DNA from: Candidatus Marinacidobacterales bacterium
Lineage (GTDB): Bacteria; Acidobacteriota; Vicinamibacteria; Marinacidobacterales; DATDRI01
Direction of reading: 5' to 3'
Assembly (NCBI GenBank): GCA_965226495.1
Contig: OZ245365.1
Location: forward strand, 5,664,001 to 5,728,000
Length of the DNA stretch: 64,000 bases
Below are positions 1-10,983 of this stretch, one piece after another. Each line of letters opens with the position of its first letter. The stretch's first letter is position 1. A program made the translations under genes and the position numbers. Below the pieces are notes generated by a model. That model was not told the origin of the DNA. It saw nothing but the letters and a program-made list of their open reading frames with translations, and made no database searches.

Positions 1-2
1 TC

Positions 3-1055
3 CGTGCCCAAGGGGGCGAACCATTCTTTCTTTGGCTTCATTTCATCGATCCCCACTTGCCGTATACGCCGGGATATCCGTACTCGACGCTGTGGAATGG
101 CAAGCACCGCGACGACTCTCAGGTCAAGCACATGCGCTCGATGCTGCAGCGAAAGGTCGAGGAGTTTCTTCCGACTCCTTATGCCGATCTCTCTGGTGGC
201 CCCTACCTCGACCTGGTACTGCGTTACTACCCGGATAACGAAGCGCTGTTGGATCTGGCCTTGCGGCGCCGCCCCCGCGGCGAGATCTTCTTTGGCAAGG
301 CTCAGTACTCGGAGCAATCGCTGCAAGAGGTTCGTAACCTCTACGACGGCACCGTCCTCTATACCGACGACAATCTCGCACGCGTACTTGCTGCGCTCGA
401 CGATTTGGGGATTACCGACAACACTCTGGTTGCAGTCGTTGGAGACCACGGCGAATCGCTCGGCGAGCACAATCTCTTCTTCACACATGACTTCTCTCTA
501 TACGACGAAGTGCTTCGCGTCCCGCTGATCCTTCGCATGCCAGGACGGATTCCTCCTGGAACGGTGGTCGATCAACAGGTTCGTCTAGCCGATCTGACAC
601 CCACGTTTCTCGATTTATTGGGGGTCGACGCCCTGGAGAAAGCCGAAGGAACCAGCCTAGCTCGCCTGACCACGGGAGACTCGCTCCCGTTCCTGCCGGC
701 TTTCGCGGAAAGCGCTCCTTATCGCAGGCTCTTTCCCGAGCAGCGTCGGATCTACTACGAGGGTAACCTCGGAAAATGGAGAATGGTTCGCACGGAAAAG
801 TGGAAGCTCATTCTCATCCCCAATCCCAAGGGGGACCTCTATGAGCTCTACGATCTGGAATCGGACCCCGGCGAAACGACAAATCTATATGAAGAGCTAC
901 CGGGAGAAGTGGGAAGGCTGTTGCCGTTGCTGAAAGAATGGTTGGCCAGCGATCCCGATCGAAACTCCGATCGCAGTGCGGAAGAAGAGCGGGCGCTCGA
1001 GGCGCTCGATCCTGCGGCCCGGCAACAACTGGAGACTCTGGGTTACATCAACTAG
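3..1055 (+). CDS. Sulfatase family protein, 5' end outside the window
   Basis: Frame is open from position 3: PFFLWLHFIDPHLPY, YDGTVLYTD, VVGDHGESLGEH, LYDLESDPGETTNL, and a C-terminal LETLGYI, all typical of the alkaline phosphatase/sulfatase superfamily. Confidence 0.85.
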   Translation, partial: RAQGGEPFFLWLHFIDPHLPYTPGYPYSTLWNGKHRDDSQVKHMRSMLQRKVEEFLPTPYADLSGGPYLDLVLRYYPDNEALLDLALRRRPRGEIFFGKAQYSEQSLQEVRNLYDGTVLYTDDNLARVLAALDDLGITDNTLVAVVGDHGESLGEHNLFFTHDFSLYDEVLRVPLILRMPGRIPPGTVVDQQVRLADLTPTFLDLLGVDALEKAEGTSLARLTTGDSLPFLPAFAESAPYRRLFPEQRRIYYEGNLGKWRMVRTEKWKLILIPNPKGDLYELYDLESDPGETTNLYEELPGEVGRLLPLLKEWLASDPDRNSDRSAEEERALEALDPAARQQLETLGYIN

Positions 1056-1070
1056 GTAGAGCCTTCACGT

Positions 1071-2018
1071 CTAGGGATGCCCCAAAGGGGATTGGTACGA
1101 GTGATTCATTGCTTCCTGCAAGAACTTGTTGAAAGTGGCCATATCGACCTGGAGGCGCGTGCAGTCCTCCTCATTCCAATCATCAAAGCCTGAAGGGCCT
1201 ATATAGTACTTCAACCGTATGTCCTTACCCTCTAGAACCTCGAGCTGGTACCGAACTTCGTCGATAGCCTTCCATCGTTTCCCGTCGGGCACGGTTTGGA
1301 AGTTATGGACAAACAGGTAATGGGATTCGAATTCACTCTTTATCTTGGAATGCTTTTTTCGCCCCAGTTTACCCAGCACTTTGATCGCTTCCGCTTTGTC
1401 TTCTTGATCCGACAATTTCACAAACACGACCTTGTCCATGTCAAAACCTTGCTTTTCAAGGAGTTCCCTAAACTCCTCCAAGCCCATCTGGCCATTGCAA
1501 AACGCGAGGAATGCCTCGATTTGAATATCTAGCCCGTAGTAATCGATGGCCCAATCCGCGAATTCCTCCTTGCTATAGAGCAGAAACTGGCTAAGAAAGG
1601 CTATTCCACCGTCATCGTCCGGCGGGTATTGAACGGGCCCAATCTCCCATTTGCTCCCGGGCGGGGTATGCCAAATGCAGAAAGTAACTTCGTCCTCCTC
1701 TTCGCCGGAACCCCCTAGTAAAGACAGCAAATCGCTCGGAAGACTTTCGTAGATTCCAGGCCAGATCTTGCCATCGTTCTGAGCATGCGGACTCACTTCG
1801 GATTCGTGATCGAACCCTTTGATTAGAGACGCTTTGTCGGACGACACAAACACCAGGTGATCTCCGCCAGGTGCCTCAATCCTGTAATGGCCGTCGGCGA
1901 CTTTCCTGTAAACCGTGTCATCTGAGAGCACTTTCTCGATCTCGCAGAAAAGCTCTAGTCGTTCCGCCAAAATGTTAGGGGTTGGGATTTCTGGCAAGCG
2001 ATTCACTTGTTTGTCCAC
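1071..2018 (-). CDS. Hypothetical protein, lower GC than its neighbours
   Basis: 315-aa ORF with an acidic N-terminal domain (IKGFDHESEVSPH, VTFCIW) and an unrelated-looking Lys-rich C-terminal part; codons visibly more AT-rich. Confidence 0.6.
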   Translation of the reverse strand: MDKQVNRLPEIPTPNILAERLELFCEIEKVLSDDTVYRKVADGHYRIEAPGGDHLVFVSSDKASLIKGFDHESEVSPHAQNDGKIWPGIYESLPSDLLSLLGGSGEEEDEVTFCIWHTPPGSKWEIGPVQYPPDDDGGIAFLSQFLLYSKEEFADWAIDYYGLDIQIEAFLAFCNGQMGLEEFRELLEKQGFDMDKVVFVKLSDQEDKAEAIKVLGKLGRKKHSKIKSEFESHYLFVHNFQTVPDGKRWKAIDEVRYQLEVLEGKDIRLKYYIGPSGFDDWNEEDCTRLQVDMATFNKFLQEAMNHSYQSPLGHP

Positions 2019-2039
2019 TCACAAACCCGAGGCCCTGGC

Positions 2040-3136
2040 CTAGCCCTCACCGTCTCCAAAAGACGTCCCAAGGTCCCGCGCGGCGCGGATGATGTCCGAC
2101 CCCTTCGGCACGCGCTTCAATCGTCCCACCGCTTTCTTCAGAGGAACGGAAGTAATCGACGGCGGAGCCAGCGCCACCATGCGCCCCCATCCTCCATCTC
2201 GAGCGAGACGCACCGCCGCGGAACCGAAGCGCGTTCCCAACAGGCGATCGAAGTTCGTCGGCTGGCCTCCACGCTGAAGGTGCCCCAGCACGAGCGCTCG
2301 GCATTCCTGTCCCGTGAGCTCTTCGATCTGCTCGGCAACCTGCTCGCCGATGCCGCCCAACCGCCCCTCGTACCCCTTCCCCGCCTTTTCTCGGAAGAGC
2401 TTCATTCCTCCGACCGGTGTGGCGCCTTCCGCAACCACGACGATACTGAAATTTCGCCCGCGTCGATTTCGTTCGCGGATTTTTTCCACAACCACTGCCA
2501 TGTCGAATGGAATCTCCGGGATCAAAATCACATCCGCACCGCCCGCAACCCATGCGTGGAGGGCAATCCACCCCGCGTTACGGCCCATGACTTCCAATAT
2601 CATCACACGCCGGTGACTGGAAGCGGTCGTATGAAGACGATCGAGGGCTTCTGTGGCCACGCTTACCGCGGTGTCGAAGCCAAAAGTAATGACGGTTCCA
2701 GAGAGGTCGTTGTCGATCGTCTTGGGGACACCAATAACGGGCAGGCCCTTGCGGTAGAGCCCCAGAGCAATGGAGAGCGTTCCATCGCCGCCGACCACGA
2801 CGAGCCCGTGAAGCTCCAGGGTCCGAAAATTCTTGACCACCTCATCGGATCGATCTTGGTACTCGACTCCGGACCTGTCTTGACTGGGAACTTGAACGGA
2901 TGTCCTCGGTTGCTCGCACCCAGAATCGTGCCGCCGGTGTGAAGAATGCCTCGGACGTCTTTGGACTTCAGCAGTCTCGTCTTCTTCGTCTGGAGGAAAC
3001 CGCCGAAGCTTTCTTCGATCCCCAACACTTGCCAACCGATGTTGTCAGCGGTGCGGAAAACGGCGCGGATCACCGCATTCAATCCCGCGCAGTCTCCTCC
3101 GCCGGTCAAGATGCCGATTCGTTTGGTCTTTCCCAT
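2040..3136 (-). pseudogene. pfkA: 6-phosphofructokinase, split by one frameshift near 2870
   Basis: N-terminal ILTGGGDCAGLNAVIRA and GGTILGASNRG lie in ORF 2663..3136; GGDGT, VPKTIDND, EVMGRNAGW and LGHLQRGG lie in ORF 2040..3035. Adding one base at AGG(x)TCC joins them. Could be a sequencing error. Confidence 0.85.
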
Positions 3137-3154
3137 TTGATGGCTCGACGCGGA

Positions 3155-4291
3155 CTAGCGATAAAAAGAGACAACGGCGCGCGCGACAAGCTCGACCTGC
3201 GCCTCGCTGAGCTCCGGATAGAGCGGTAGAGAAACGATCTCCCGCGCAGCTCGCTCCGCTTCGGGGCATGCTCCCTCACCTTGGCCCAAGCCTCGATAAG
3301 CCGGTTGAAGATGCGCCGGCACCGGGTAGTGGATGAGGGTTTGAACTCCGGCTTCCGACAAGGCCTCCGCTAAGCGATCCCGGTCCGGGGCGCGAGCGAC
3401 CAAAAGGTGAGCTGACGGTACCGTGTCGGGAAGAGCATCCACCCAGTCGAGGGGTGTCTCGGCAAGCGCTTCGCGATATAGGGCCGCAATAGCCCGCCGG
3501 CGCTCGTTCCAGGCGGCAAGGTGGGGTAGCTTTGCACGCAGTACGGCGGCCTGAAGCTCATCCAATCGACTGTTGAATCCAACTTCTTCGTGAACGTAGC
3601 GGCTCGATTGTCCCCCGTTCCGCAGCCGACGGATCCGTCCCGCCAATTCCTCGTCGTCGGTGGTGACGAGACCTGCGTCTCCGAGAGCGCCCAGATTCTT
3701 GGTGGGATAAAAACTGAAGCAGCCGGCCCGCCCCCAACCTCCCACCGGCCGTCCACGGAACGTCGCCCCGTGCGCCTGGCAAGCATCTTCAACGACGGGG
3801 ATGCCGTATTTATCGGCCAATTCTAAGAGCGCAGGCATCTCGCTCGGATTCCCGTAGAGATGAACGGGTAGCAATGCCTTGGTACTCGGGTCCATTCTTT
3901 CCGAGACCGAGCGCGGCGAGAGGTTCAAGGTCGCCGAATCCACATCTGCGAAGACCGGCGTCGCGCCGGTGCGACTGATCGCCAACGCGGTAAAGGTCGC
4001 GGTCATGGGGCTAGTGATCACGTTATCCCCGGGGCCCACCCCGAGTGATAGAAGGGCCAGCGTCAACGCATCCGTCCCGGAGGCAACGCCGACCGCATGT
4101 GCGGTCTCTACCATGGACGCAAACTCATGTTCGAAGGCTTCCACTTCCGGACCTAAGACGAACCAGCCGCTCTCCATCACGCGAGTCAAAGCGTCTCGGA
4201 TCTCCGCGGCGAGCGCCGCGTGTTGGGTGGTCAGGTCGACAAAAGGGACCGGGGGGCTGGGTTGGTCCGGTTTGTCATTTGGGGAAGGCAC
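3155..4291 (-). CDS. DegT/DnrJ/EryC1/StrS family sugar aminotransferase
   Basis: VPFVDL, SGTDALTLAL, PVHLYG, EDACQAHGA, FSFYPTKNLGALGDAG (PLP Lys), NSRLDELQAA; likely start GTG 4291. Confidence 0.93.
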   Translation of the reverse strand: MPSPNDKPDQPSPPVPFVDLTTQHAALAAEIRDALTRVMESGWFVLGPEVEAFEHEFASMVETAHAVGVASGTDALTLALLSLGVGPGDNVITSPMTATFTALAISRTGATPVFADVDSATLNLSPRSVSERMDPSTKALLPVHLYGNPSEMPALLELADKYGIPVVEDACQAHGATFRGRPVGGWGRAGCFSFYPTKNLGALGDAGLVTTDDEELAGRIRRLRNGGQSSRYVHEEVGFNSRLDELQAAVLRAKLPHLAAWNERRRAIAALYREALAETPLDWVDALPDTVPSAHLLVARAPDRDRLAEALSEAGVQTLIHYPVPAHLQPAYRGLGQGEGACPEAERAAREIVSLPLYPELSEAQVELVARAVVSFYR

Positions 4292-4292
4292 C

Positions 4293-5333
4293 TTAGCCAA
4301 GGTAATGGTCGATGTGGGCGCGGTAGTATTCGACGGTTCGACGAAGTCCCTCGCGAAGGTCGATCCGCGGCTCCCAACCAAGCTTCTTCTTTATCTTGCC
4401 GAAATCGTTATAGAAGTCACCGATGTCGATGCGCTTGCGCTCCTCTGGAAACGGCACCAGCCGAAAACCCCCGCCCCCGCCCGCGACATCCAGCAATGTT
4501 TCCACGAACTCTAGGAGGCTGACCGGGGGGCTGGCACCAAGATTGTAGACCTCGCCCACGGCTTCCTCCGAGGAGGCGGCACTCAAGAAGGCTCCCACTA
4601 CATCGTCGATGTAATTGAAGTCTCGCTTCTGCGTCCCATCGCCAAAGAGCTGGATCTCTTCTCCCTGGACCGCCAGACGGATGAACCAGCTCGCGAACCC
4701 TTGCCGGTTGTGCTTGACCAACTGTCGTGGACCGTAGGTATTGGTGAGCCGCAGGGAAGTGGTCCGCAACCCATAAACCTGATGGTAGATCCGATGATAC
4801 ATCTCACCGCCCGCCTTGTTGACACCGTTGACGTCGGTCGGCTGGATAGGATGTTCCTCATCGGCCGGCAGACGCACCGGTCGACCGTAGATCTGCCGTG
4901 TGCTGGCATAGAGGATGCGGACGTCCGGGTTGCCTTTGCGGCAGGCTTCGAGGATTGAAAGCTGGCTACCGCAATTGATCTCCAAATCGGTCCCCGGATC
5001 GCGCATGCTGTCGACGTGGCTTACTTGGCCCGCTAGATTGAAGAGGTACTCCTGACGCTGGAGGAGGTACTGCATCCCGTTCACGTCTCGGACATCGGCG
5101 ATGTTGATCCGGAGCTTCGGCTCGAGCCCATGGACGTTGTACAAGTTCCCGCCGTAGTCCGGAATGAGGGAGTCGACCAAAAGAACCTCGGCGCCAAGCT
5201 CTACCAAACGCCGCGCGAGGTTGCTTCCGATGAAGCCCAACCCTCCGGTGATCAGGACGCGCTTGCCCGAAAAAGTCTCACGGTAGCGGGCGTCCGTCTC
5301 TTTTGGCACGTCTGCTGGCGTGTCAGTTGGCAT
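4293..5333 (-). CDS. NAD-dependent nucleotide-sugar epimerase/dehydratase (extended SDR)
   Basis: ITGGLGFIGSNL, NLAGQVSH, TNTYGPRQ, GDGTQKRDFNYIDDVV; the usual YxxxK reads NGVNK. Confidence 0.9.
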   Translation of the reverse strand: MPTDTPADVPKETDARYRETFSGKRVLITGGLGFIGSNLARRLVELGAEVLLVDSLIPDYGGNLYNVHGLEPKLRINIADVRDVNGMQYLLQRQEYLFNLAGQVSHVDSMRDPGTDLEINCGSQLSILEACRKGNPDVRILYASTRQIYGRPVRLPADEEHPIQPTDVNGVNKAGGEMYHRIYHQVYGLRTTSLRLTNTYGPRQLVKHNRQGFASWFIRLAVQGEEIQLFGDGTQKRDFNYIDDVVGAFLSAASSEEAVGEVYNLGASPPVSLLEFVETLLDVAGGGGGFRLVPFPEERKRIDIGDFYNDFGKIKKKLGWEPRIDLREGLRRTVEYYRAHIDHYLG

Positions 5334-5375
5334 CGACGGTTGGCCGGAAGGAACCGGCGAAAGGCTTGCGATCGG

Positions 5376-6149
5376 CTAAGACGCCAACCTCTGCCTGTCT
5401 CGGGCGGATTCCCGTTCGGCAGACGGCGAGCCCGGCGCAAGGTGGATTTTCCGTATCATCAAGTCGACCCAGAGCCGAGAGAGATCATACAGGGTTCGGA
5501 TGACGCGAGAAAAGTTGAAGAACTGACTCTTTCCATAGGCACGGTGATAATGGTGAACGGGAACCTCTCGAATCGAGTACCCCGCGTCTTGCACCTTTTT
5601 CATCAATTCGACACAGATCACGCCGCTCGATTTGGTGAGCGCTACCCGGTCGAAGACGCTTTTCCGAAACAGTCGAAAATCGCAATCTACATCCCGCAGC
5701 TTGAGTCGGAAGGCGATTCGTACCGTCCAGTGGTACAGCCTTCCAATGACGATGCGGTGGAGGGGATCGGAGCGGCCGATTTTGTAACCGTTGACGAAAT
5801 CGACGCCGTCGTCCATGACTTCCACCAACGACTTCACCTCACGGGGATCGTACTGCGCGTCACCATCGGTGTAGAAAACGAGCTCCTTGGCGGCAGAGGC
5901 GAAACCGGTCCGGAGCGCACCGCCGTAACCCTGGTTCTTCTCATGTTGCACTACTCGGAGCTCGGGGATGACGCTCGCAAGTTCGGCGAGAACATCCGCG
6001 GTGTGATCCTGACTACCATCGTTGACCACCAAGATCTCGAAGTTATCGGTGAGCTCCCGTACCGCCATGCGTGCCGACACGACCATGCTCGCAATGGTAC
6101 CGGCATCGTTGTACGCCGGGAAGAAAACGGAAATGGATGGACGGGTCAT
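5376..6149 (-). CDS. GT2 glycosyltransferase (DPM1-like)
   Basis: FFPAYND, VVNDGSQD, NQGYGGALRTG, YTDGDAQYDP, DVDCDFRLFR. Confidence 0.92.
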   Translation of the reverse strand: MTRPSISVFFPAYNDAGTIASMVVSARMAVRELTDNFEILVVNDGSQDHTADVLAELASVIPELRVVQHEKNQGYGGALRTGFASAAKELVFYTDGDAQYDPREVKSLVEVMDDGVDFVNGYKIGRSDPLHRIVIGRLYHWTVRIAFRLKLRDVDCDFRLFRKSVFDRVALTKSSGVICVELMKKVQDAGYSIREVPVHHYHRAYGKSQFFNFSRVIRTLYDLSRLWVDLMIRKIHLAPGSPSAERESARDRQRLAS

Positions 6150-6346
6150 GGTGCGGAATTCCCTGTCTAGCTCTGCCTATTAAGGCTTTTGCGAGCGCTC
6201 AGTCGGGAGAAAACTATCATAGCAATCTCGGGATGTCAATGAGAGCTAAGGAGTTCCGCGTCTGCGGCGAGTCCCAATTCAGAATGGGTTGAGAGACAAT
6301 GAGCCCTGTGCTAACTTCCAACGCCGTCTCCCGAAGGTATTCTTGA

Positions 6347-7183
6347 ATGCCGGCAACTCTCTACGTCGTAGCCACTCCCATCGGAAATCTAGCCGACATC
6401 TCCGCACGCGCGCTAGAAGTGCTCGAATCGGTCAAGCTGATCGCTTGCGAGGACACTCGCACCACCCGACGACTTCTCAGCCGGCATGGGATCAGGACTC
6501 GAACCATCAGCTACCACGAGCACAATGAGCACCAACGAGCTCCGCAGCTCGTGAAACGGTTGCACTCCGGCGAGGACCTCGCACTGGTCTCGGACGCAGG
6601 AACGCCAGGAATCTCCGACCCCGGCTATCGCCTAGTGGCCGCAGCTCGTGAAAGCGGTGTTCCAGTGCGAACCGTCCCGGGGCCGAGCGCGCCCATCGCC
6701 GCTCTTTCCGTCTCCGGTCTCCCAACCTCGAGCTTTTGCTTTTGGGGCTTCTTGCCGAGCCACGGCGCAGCCCGCGCCAAAGCCATTGAATCCCTTGCGT
6801 CCGTACCACACACGACGATCCTCTTCGAGTCGGCGCGACGCGCGCCCGCTTTGCTGGAAGCGCTCTCGCAGCGACTCGGTTCTCGACCGGCGTTCCTTGC
6901 CCGCGAGATGACCAAAGTCCACGAAGAGCACCAAAACGGCACCCTGACCGAGCTCGCGGTATGGGCTCGTGAGAAATCTCTCAAGGGAGAACTGACTCTC
7001 ATTATCGGTCCCGCCGAAGCAGACGTACGTTCTGCCCTCACACCGGGCGAAATCGCGAAGCGCTATTCAGAACTAACCGCGGAAGGCATGAAACGTCGTG
7101 AGGCGGTCAAGCTCCTCGCCCGGGAGACCGGGCTTCCCACTCGCCTTCTTTATCATCAATTGCTAGGCCCTGGATCGAAATGA
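6347..7183 (+). CDS. rsmI: 16S rRNA C1402 2'-O-methyltransferase
   Basis: LYVVATPIGNLADIS, ACEDTR, LVSDAGTPGISDPG, AREMTKVHEE. Confidence 0.96.
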   Translation: MPATLYVVATPIGNLADISARALEVLESVKLIACEDTRTTRRLLSRHGIRTRTISYHEHNEHQRAPQLVKRLHSGEDLALVSDAGTPGISDPGYRLVAAARESGVPVRTVPGPSAPIAALSVSGLPTSSFCFWGFLPSHGAARAKAIESLASVPHTTILFESARRAPALLEALSQRLGSRPAFLAREMTKVHEEHQNGTLTELAVWAREKSLKGELTLIIGPAEADVRSALTPGEIAKRYSELTAEGMKRREAVKLLARETGLPTRLLYHQLLGPGSK

Positions 7184-8244
7184 AGATCCTCGAGGGCATG
7201 GCCCGGGGCCGCTTCGAGCAGGTCGTCGCCTTGAATGACTCTTCCTGCGGCCTCTCCGGGTTTCTCGTGATCCACGACACCACGCGCGGACCAGCGGCTG
7301 GTGGGATTCGGATCTACCCTTACCGGACGGAAGAGGACGCTCTCGCCGACGGTTTTCGACTGGCGAGCGCCATGACGTTCAAAGGGGCGGCCGCCGACCT
7401 TCCGGTGGGTGGGGGAAAAATCGTACTCCGAGAAAATCCAGACATGAACCGCGAGGAAATGTTGCGCGCCGTCGGTCGCTTCATCCAAGGCCAAGGGGGG
7501 CGCTTTCTGGCGGGTAGAGACGTGGGGGTGTACCCGTCGCGCACGGAGCCTGGGTCCGTAGCGAGACCCACTTCATGGTCGATGAAAGCGAAAAAGGCGT
7601 GGGTGATCTCAACCGCTCGACTGCTATCGGTGTCGAGTCTGGCGCCCGGGCCGCATTGAATTTTCGTCTCGGAGTCGATCGCTGGGAAGGCGTACATGTA
7701 GCGATTCAAGGGGCGGGAGGCGTAGGAAGCTGGTTAGCGAAGATCCTCGCCGCAGAGGGAGCAGAGCTTTCGATATCAGACACCCGAGCGGAAGCTCTCG
7801 AAACCCTATCGTCGGAAGTTCGTTTCCACCCAGTCGCTCCCGCCGAGATCTTCGGTGTCTCGGAAGACTTGTTTTGTCCCTGTGCAGTCGGTGGTGTCAT
7901 CAACGACCAGACGCTCGAAAAGCTTCGCGCCCGTGTCGTGGCCGGCTCTGCCAATAACGTGCTCGCCGAATCGCAACACGGCGAGACGCTCCGGGCACGC
8001 AACATTCGCATACGCGCCCGACTTTTTGGTTAATTCCGGCGCTCTGATCCAGGGCATTCGGTTCTTGCTCAACGGAGAAGCGGACAGCAGCGAGGCCATT
8101 TCGCGGATCGGTGACAAAACGCGTCGACTGCTCGATGAAGCGGCCGCGAAAGGGGAGCCGCCGGAAGCTCTTTTGTTGAGACAAACCCTCGAGACGATCA
8201 ACCGTCGGAGCACATGGCGGGACTGGAGCTGGCCGCACGGCTGA
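7180..8244 (+). pseudogene. Glu/Leu/Phe/Val dehydrogenase with two frameshifts (about 7530 and 8006)
   Basis: IHDTTRGPAAGGIR, MTFKGAAADLPVGGGK, VAIQGAGGVG, PCAVGGVIN, AGSANN and YAPDFLVNSG are spread over three ORFs; a +2 and a +1 insertion return the C-terminus to the starting frame. Confidence 0.85.
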
Positions 8245-8249
8245 GATCC

Positions 8250-10051
8250 ATGAGCAGGTTCCGATCGTTTCTCACTCACCACCGGCTTCCCTGGGTGCTC
8301 GCGGCGGTCGGCATCGTGTTGACTCTTCCGTCGCTGTTTATCGGTTGGGCGATGGACGATCACATCCTTCGGTACGCCAGCGCTGGCGGAGAGGGCATTT
8401 CCTCGGAGCTCCACAAGCCGACCGGCCTCTTCGGATTCCTAGGAGATCCGCAGGTGGTACAGAGCCTCAAAGAAAGGGGCTCGCTTCCTTGGTGGACTGC
8501 CGACGGCTTCTTGTTGGCTTTCTGGAGACCTCTCTCGTCCCTGACGCACTGGATAGACTCCGCCTGTGGCCCGATAACCCCCTCCTCATGCATCTTGAGA
8601 GTGTCCTCCTTTACGGCTTGCTAGTATTCGTTGTCACCCACCTTTATCGACAAACCTTGACGCCAATGTGGGTCGCGGGCCTCGCCGCCTTGCTCTTCGC
8701 GGTCGACGACTCGCACGGTCAATCGGTGGCGTGGATCTCGGCACGCAACTCCCTACTGGCAACGATCTTTGGCAGCTTGGCCTTGATCGCCCATGACCGA
8801 TGGCGGAACCGCGGGTGGAAAGCGGGAGCCTTCCTGGGTCCCCTCGCCTTCATGCTGAGCTTGCTGTCCAAGGAAATGGGTGCAGCCTTCGGTGGTTACG
8901 TGGCTGCGCACGTCGCCTTCCTCGACAAGAATCCCTGGCGGACTCGCATTGGTGCCCTAGCGCCCTATGTCGTGGTCGTGCTGGGCTGGAGATTGCTCTA
9001 CCGCGCGTTGGGGTACGGTGTTTCAGCCAGTGGCATGTATGTCGATCCGTTGGCCGAGCCGGCGAACTTCGCCGCAGCGGTCGTCGAGCGAGCACCGGCG
9101 ATGATACTGGGGTTGTGGGCGCAACCGCCCGCTGATCTGGCAACGGTCGGCCAGGAGCCGATCCCGACGATCATTGGGCTCATGGGGACGATGCTCCTGG
9201 TCCTGCTCGTCGTTCTTTTCAAACCGTTCCTCGAGGAGCGGACCGCGCGGTTCTGGGCAACGGGCATGACCCTGTCGCTCTTGCTGACCAGCACGAGCTT
9301 TCCGGCGAATCGCTATCTGCTCGTCCCGAGTTTGGGCGCCATGGGACTCCTCGCACTTTTCCTCCAAGGTTGGCGCGAGGGATGGCCCGGCTCTTCGAGA
9401 ACGCAAGCCTGGAGGGGCGTCGCAAAAGTGAGCGCCGTTTTTTTTGTCGTCATCCACTTGGTGCTCGCGCCCATCGCGCTTCCCTACAGTGCTTGGGCTT
9501 TAGCTGCACCCGCGGGGGTCGCCGCGAATGTCGCCCGCTCGCTTCCAGATGACCCGGCGCTCTCTGAGTAACAGCTGGTCATCGTCAACGCTCCCGATTT
9601 CCTTATCTTCACCGGTTTCCTTTTCCCGATCCGTTTCATGGAACAGCTACCGGTCGCGAAGCGCCAGTCGGTTCTGGCTACCGGCTCCGTCGAGCTAGAG
9701 CTAAAGCGCGTCGACGAACGAACAATTGCTATCAGGAGTGAACAGGGTTTCCCTTCCGGATTCACGGATGGCGTCTACCGGAGCGGCGACCAGCCCTTCG
9801 CTCCCGGACAGAAAATTCAACTACCCGGCATTAGTGTCGAGGTGATCGCGATCCATGACGAGAACCTAGTTAGTGAGGCGGTCTTTCGCTTTAACGTGCC
9901 TTTAGAAGATCCGTCACTGCGTTGGTTTCGGTGGGACACTGGAGCCTTCGTTTCCTTTCAACCGCCGAGAATCGGCGACACCATCCGACTCGACGCAGCT
10001 CTGTTCTCCGTTGTCGCTCCGGTGGAGCGGCGTCCTGCCGCGTTCGATTAG
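8250..10051 (+). pseudogene. Polytopic membrane protein, GT-C/TMTC-like; frameshift about 8558 and in-frame TAA 9569-9571
   Basis: DDH, FWRPLSSLTHW, WISARNSLL and LLSKE motifs with many TM helices; the sequence after the TAA (QLVIVNAP...) runs in frame into ORF 9638..10051. Confidence 0.65.
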
Positions 10052-10091
10052 CGACGCCCAACACCTACTGGACGCCCTACAGAATCTAAGG

Positions 10092-10135
10092 GGCGCCTGG
10101 CTAGCTCGATAGTGGCAAGGGGATAGTTTGGCGCC
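10092..10135 (+). repeat. 44-bp intergenic element, copy A (partial upstream unit from 10067)
   Basis: GGCGCC-TGGCTAGC...TGGCAA...TT-GGCGCC; aligns with copies at 12.0, 25.5, 29.9, 34.9 and 36.75 kb. Confidence 0.7.
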
Positions 10136-10203
10136 TGTCAGGATCGGAAGAGCCGCCCGTTTGGCAGTGGAGTTCCCGGCCGGCCTCGCCAGGATTGCCC
10201 TGT

Positions 10204-10233
10204 TTGACCCTAAACCCCCCCGGGGCCTATAAT
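10204..10233 (+). promoter_or_regulatory. Sigma70-type promoter for the TPR-yvcK-glmU-glmS-pcrA operon
   Basis: TTGACC(10204-09)-18 nt-TATAAT(10228-33). Confidence 0.6.
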
Positions 10234-10393
10234 TGTGGTCTGTCTTCGATAGGCGACTCGCCCAACCGAGTATCTATTTCGTATTTCGAAGTTTGAGGGC
10301 TCCCGGTTTCATCGGCTTCAAACCGGCTCTACCGGCGTTATCTTCATTGCGCCCGGCTTTTCGGGCAAGAAACGAATTTCTCTAGGAGGTTTC

Positions 10394-10960
10394 ATGGCAA
10401 AGAAGGCCACCACTCGCTCCAAGGGGGGGGTGTTCTCACGAAAAAAATTGGCGAAGAAGGCCGGCAAACTCGAAGGCTACGACAAGTCACTCGAGGCCTT
10501 CGAAAAGGCCTTGAAGGTTCTGCACAAAGGCGACGTCGATCGCGCCCGGGACCAGTTCGAGACCCTGGCCGCCGGACTCACCGATGACTCGGGGCTCGCC
10601 GACCGAGCTCAGGCGTACCTTGCGATTTGCGACCGACAGAAGAGAAGCAAGAGCTCGTTCGCGCCTCGTACGTTCGAAGAAATGGTGACCTACGGTGTTT
10701 TTTGCCACAACCGCGGCGACTATGATCGCGCCATCAAGTATCTCTCCAAAGCCGTCGACTTGGAGCCTAAGAGCGACCACGCTCATTACTGCCTCGCCGC
10801 GGCTCATTCGCGGCATGGAGACGCCCGGGATGCGGCTCGACATCTCAAGCAAGCGGTCGCCGGAGACTCATACAACCGCGTCTTGGCGAAAAACGACGAC
10901 GATTTCGCCGCACTCAAGGACGAAGCAGAAGTCGCCCAGCTGTTGGGAACACCCGAGTAG
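10394..10960 (+). CDS. TPR-repeat protein
   Basis: RBS AGGAGG; TPR pattern GDYDRAIKYLSKAVDLEPKSDHAHYCLA; C-terminal AKNDDDF. Confidence 0.85.
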   Translation: MAKKATTRSKGGVFSRKKLAKKAGKLEGYDKSLEAFEKALKVLHKGDVDRARDQFETLAAGLTDDSGLADRAQAYLAICDRQKRSKSSFAPRTFEEMVTYGVFCHNRGDYDRAIKYLSKAVDLEPKSDHAHYCLAAAHSRHGDARDAARHLKQAVAGDSYNRVLAKNDDDFAALKDEAEVAQLLGTPE

Positions 10961-10983
10961 TCAAAGGTAATTGGGGTTGGGTC

